Below, piece by piece: positions 61,310 through 64,000 of a stretch of DNA of 64,000 nt. The notes beneath the pieces were generated by a model. That model had not been told where the DNA came from. It made no database searches and saw only the letters and a program-made list of their open reading frames with translations. Within the stretch, counting starts at the first letter, position 1; each line of letters begins with the position of its first letter. Both the position numbers and the translations under genes were made by a program. The stretch comes from an uncultured bacterium (GTDB lineage: Bacteria > Chloroflexota > UBA5177 > JANWHV01): positions 672,001 to 736,000 of the forward strand of contig CAWHAE010000012.1 in the NCBI GenBank assembly GCA_963827235.1, given 5' to 3'.

Positions 61310-63323
61310 CTCCTTCGCGCTCGTCACCGGCGCCTTGCAGGCGTAGTCGCGGCACAGGTAGGCAGTGGCACGACCCTCTCGCTGCTCGCGGCCCTGAAAG
61401 AGGGGCGACGCATCGAGGGCTGCCTCTCGCGGACCGGCAACGGCGACGACCAGGTTGGGGTCGAACCGCCGGTGCGCGGCCTGCAGAAGGCTGAGCGTCT
61501 CCGGCGAGTCCGGGTCGCCGACGATGGCCAGCTCGCGTTGAGGGCTGGTGGCCATGTCCGCTGCGCAGAGCAACCTGCCAAATGCAAGCGGCTCCTGTGC
61601 CGCGCTGCTCTGCAATGGAACGATGGCATGCAGCGCGTGCTCGTGGTAGATGTCCTGCCCGGTGTGCACGGCAAGGCGCAGCAGTACCTCGGCGGCTACC
61701 GAATTGCCGCTGGGCACGGCGTTGTCCACGATCTCACGCGGCCGGCTGATCAGTTGCTCGTGGTTGGCGCTCGTGCAGTAGAAGGGCCCGCCGTTGGGAT
61801 CGGCGAAGCGATCGATCATCGCGTTTGCCAGCCCAAGCGCCTCGTCCAGCCAGCGGCGATGGCCGGTGGCCTCGTACAGCGCGACGAGCCCGTCGGCGAG
61901 AAAGGCATAGTCGTCGAGGAAGGCGTCGATTCTTGCCTCGCCGTTGCTGTAGGTGCGGTAGAGGCTCCCGTCCCGACGAAGGGAGTCCAGCAGGAAGGCG
62001 GCGGTCTGTTCGGCCGCCTTCCGGTAGTCCCGGTTCTGGTAGGCGGCCGCGGCACCAGCGAGCGCCCGCAGCATCAAGCCGTTCCAAGCCGCTATCACCT
62101 TGTCGTCGCGACGTGGATGCACGCGTGCGACTCGGGCTTCCGCAAGCGTGCGGCGGCACAACGTCAGGCGACCGTCGAGCACATCCGTGGACAGGCCGGC
62201 TTCGGCGGCCAGCGCGCCGATTGGTTGCGCCACATACAGGATGTTGCTGCCTTCGAAGTTGCCTCGAGGAGTCACGCCGTAGGCGCGCATGAATAGCGTC
62301 GGCATCGTCGCCGAGCAGGTGCCGTATTTCCTGGGCACTCCAGAGGAAGTACTTGCCTTCTTCGCCCTCGCTGTCGGCATCTTGCGAGGAGTAGAAGGCG
62401 CCTTCGGGGGATCGCATCTCGTTCAGTGCGTAATCGATGGTTTCTTCCGCCGTGCGGCGGAATCCGGCGTTGCCGGTGAGCAGGTACGCCATGGTGTAGA
62501 GTCGCGCGAGCTGTGCATTGTCGTAGAGCATCTTCTCGAAGTGTGGCACGAGCCACTGGCGGTCGACGCTGTAGCGATGAAAGCCGCCGCCCAGCTGGTC
62601 GTAGATGCCGCCGCCCGCCATAGCGGTCAGTGTGTGCTCTGCCATGGTCAGGGCGCGAGGCGCTCCTATGGTGTGGGCGCGCAGGAGCAGCTCAACGGCC
62701 ATCGGCTGCGGGAACTTCGGCGCCATGCCGAATCCGCCGGACTGGTTGTCGTATCGTGCAGCCATGGCCATGGCTGCCTGCAGTAGGAGGTCGGCCTCCA
62801 GATCAAGGCGCTCCGGCACCGGAATCGACGTGCCGAGGCTGCGAAGAAAGTCACCCGCCCCTTGCTCGACCTCCGCGCGTCTTGTCTGATATGTTTCGGC
62901 AATCGCCGTGAGTACCGAGCTGAACGCCGGCAAGCCGTGCCGAGGCTCCGGCGGATAGTAGGTGCCGCCGAAAAACGGCCGGCAGTCGGGTGTCAGGAAC
63001 ATGGTCATGGGCCAGCCTCCCTGGCCCGTCAGGCGCTGCACTGCCTCCATGTAGATCATGTCGAGATCGGGTCGCTCCTCCCGATCGACTTTGATGCAGA
63101 TGAACAGCTTGTTCATCAGGCCGGCAGTCTCGCTATCCTCGAAGGACTCGCGTTCCATCACGTGGCACCAGTGGCAGGCCGAGTAGCCGATGCTCAGCAG
63201 GATGGGCTTGTCTTCCGCTTTCGCGCGTGCCAGGGCCTCGCTGCACCAGGGATACCAATCCACAGGATTGTCTTTGTGCTGGAGAAGGTAGGGGCTTGTC
63301 TCAGTCGCCAGTCGGTTGCTCAT
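61292..63323 (-). CDS. Thioredoxin-domain protein YyaL/DUF255 (SPATA20-like), apparent frameshift near 62300
   Basis: [19 protein letters not shown] and [11 protein letters not shown] in one frame; [20 protein letters not shown] and YLCRDYAC in the other. Confidence 0.88.
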
Positions 63324-63653
63324 GCATAGCACTCCTTGTCGCTGCAGCCTGCGAGTGGCGGGCACGTTCCGAGGGCCGAGGGGGCCAGGTGAGGGAGGCA
63401 GAATCCGGTCGGTGCGCGCAACTGCAGGTGCGGCGTTAGTATACTCCTCCCGATGGTAGGAGGTCCGTCTGGTCCACATTCCCGCTCGGCGTGGCGGTGC
63501 TGCTTTGCCGGCATCCAGGTTCTGTGATTGGCTGGAACTGATGGTGGTCCAGGGAGGTTGAGCATGACGTGCGCCTGGTGGCGAACGCACCGGCAGGTTG
63601 GCAGCTGGTTGTCGTATCATTCTCGACAGTGGGAGCCACCGACGGAGGTAACC

Positions 63654-63980
63654 ATGATCGTGACGACGACTGAGAAGATTGCCGGCTACCGGACTTCGGA
63701 GGTCCTGGGTGAAGTGGCCGGCGTGGTCGTGCGCAGCCGTGGTCTGGGCGGCAACCTCGTGGCAGGCATCCGTGCTATTGGTGGCGGTGAGATCACCGAG
63801 TACACGAGACTGCTCGAAGACACGCGCAGGCAAGCGATAGACAGAATGATTGCCAACGCGCAGGCGCGTGGCGCCAATGCTGTGAGCATGATGCGCTTCG
63901 ACTCCAGCGCCGCCGGAAAGGCGATGACCGAAGTGTGCGCTTTCGGCACGGCGATTGTGATCGAGAGAGAAGGGTTCTAG
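63654..63980 (+). CDS. YbjQ/UPF0145 family protein
   Basis: MIVTTT..G.VVRSR..GGE..YT.LL..R..A..RM..A...GANAV..MRFD..GTA pattern. GGAGG RBS. Confidence 0.93.
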   Translation: MIVTTTEKIAGYRTSEVLGEVAGVVVRSRGLGGNLVAGIRAIGGGEITEYTRLLEDTRRQAIDRMIANAQARGANAVSMMRFDSSAAGKAMTEVCAFGTAIVIEREGF

Positions 63981-64000
63981 GGCGTCGTGCTGCGAGTTGC

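Noticed and set aside
1-64000. CRISPR array, cas genes, tRNA/rRNA, transposases
   Set aside because: No regularly spaced repeats or characteristic motifs seen; the TPR-CHAT gene has no cas neighbours in this window.

Overview
High-GC bacterial chromosomal window whose gene content (XRE-STAND-TPR regulator, divergent ECF sigma/anti-sigma/TPR-CHAT cassette, cdaA-cdaR, prkA-yeaH-spoVR, Gram-positive-type LexA-like boxes) suggests Chloroflexota; the taxonomy is inference. It holds about 50 genes, mostly housekeeping or metabolic (aroA, dnaG, uvrB, alaS, amtB, rnhB, aat, cobB, chdC, iolA/iolE, gatZ-like). I found no rRNA, tRNA, CRISPR array or transposase. The two most interesting signals are small ORFs the ORF track misses or mis-starts. 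(1) Two tandem 43-aa paralogous prepeptides (MKLL...SMVLASGA-GSQWF and ...SMVLASGA-ASHWR) lie directly upstream of a DUF5317 membrane protein with a signal-peptidase-II-like two-Asp motif, divergent from a membrane-bound GGDEF/HD-GYP protein. This is a candidate peptide-signalling system coupled to c-di-GMP. (2) Two paralogous 41/45-aa single-TM microproteins (FAAHVVAWVALP) flank an amtB that has no adjacent glnK. Each is preceded by a matching sigma70 promoter and a ~320-nt leader sharing a conserved structured motif. Other notable items are a TPR-CHAT/anti-sigma/ECF-sigma cassette and a MazEF-type TA pair at the head of the prkA-yeaH-spoVR operon. Four genes carry apparent single-base frameshifts, most likely assembly errors.
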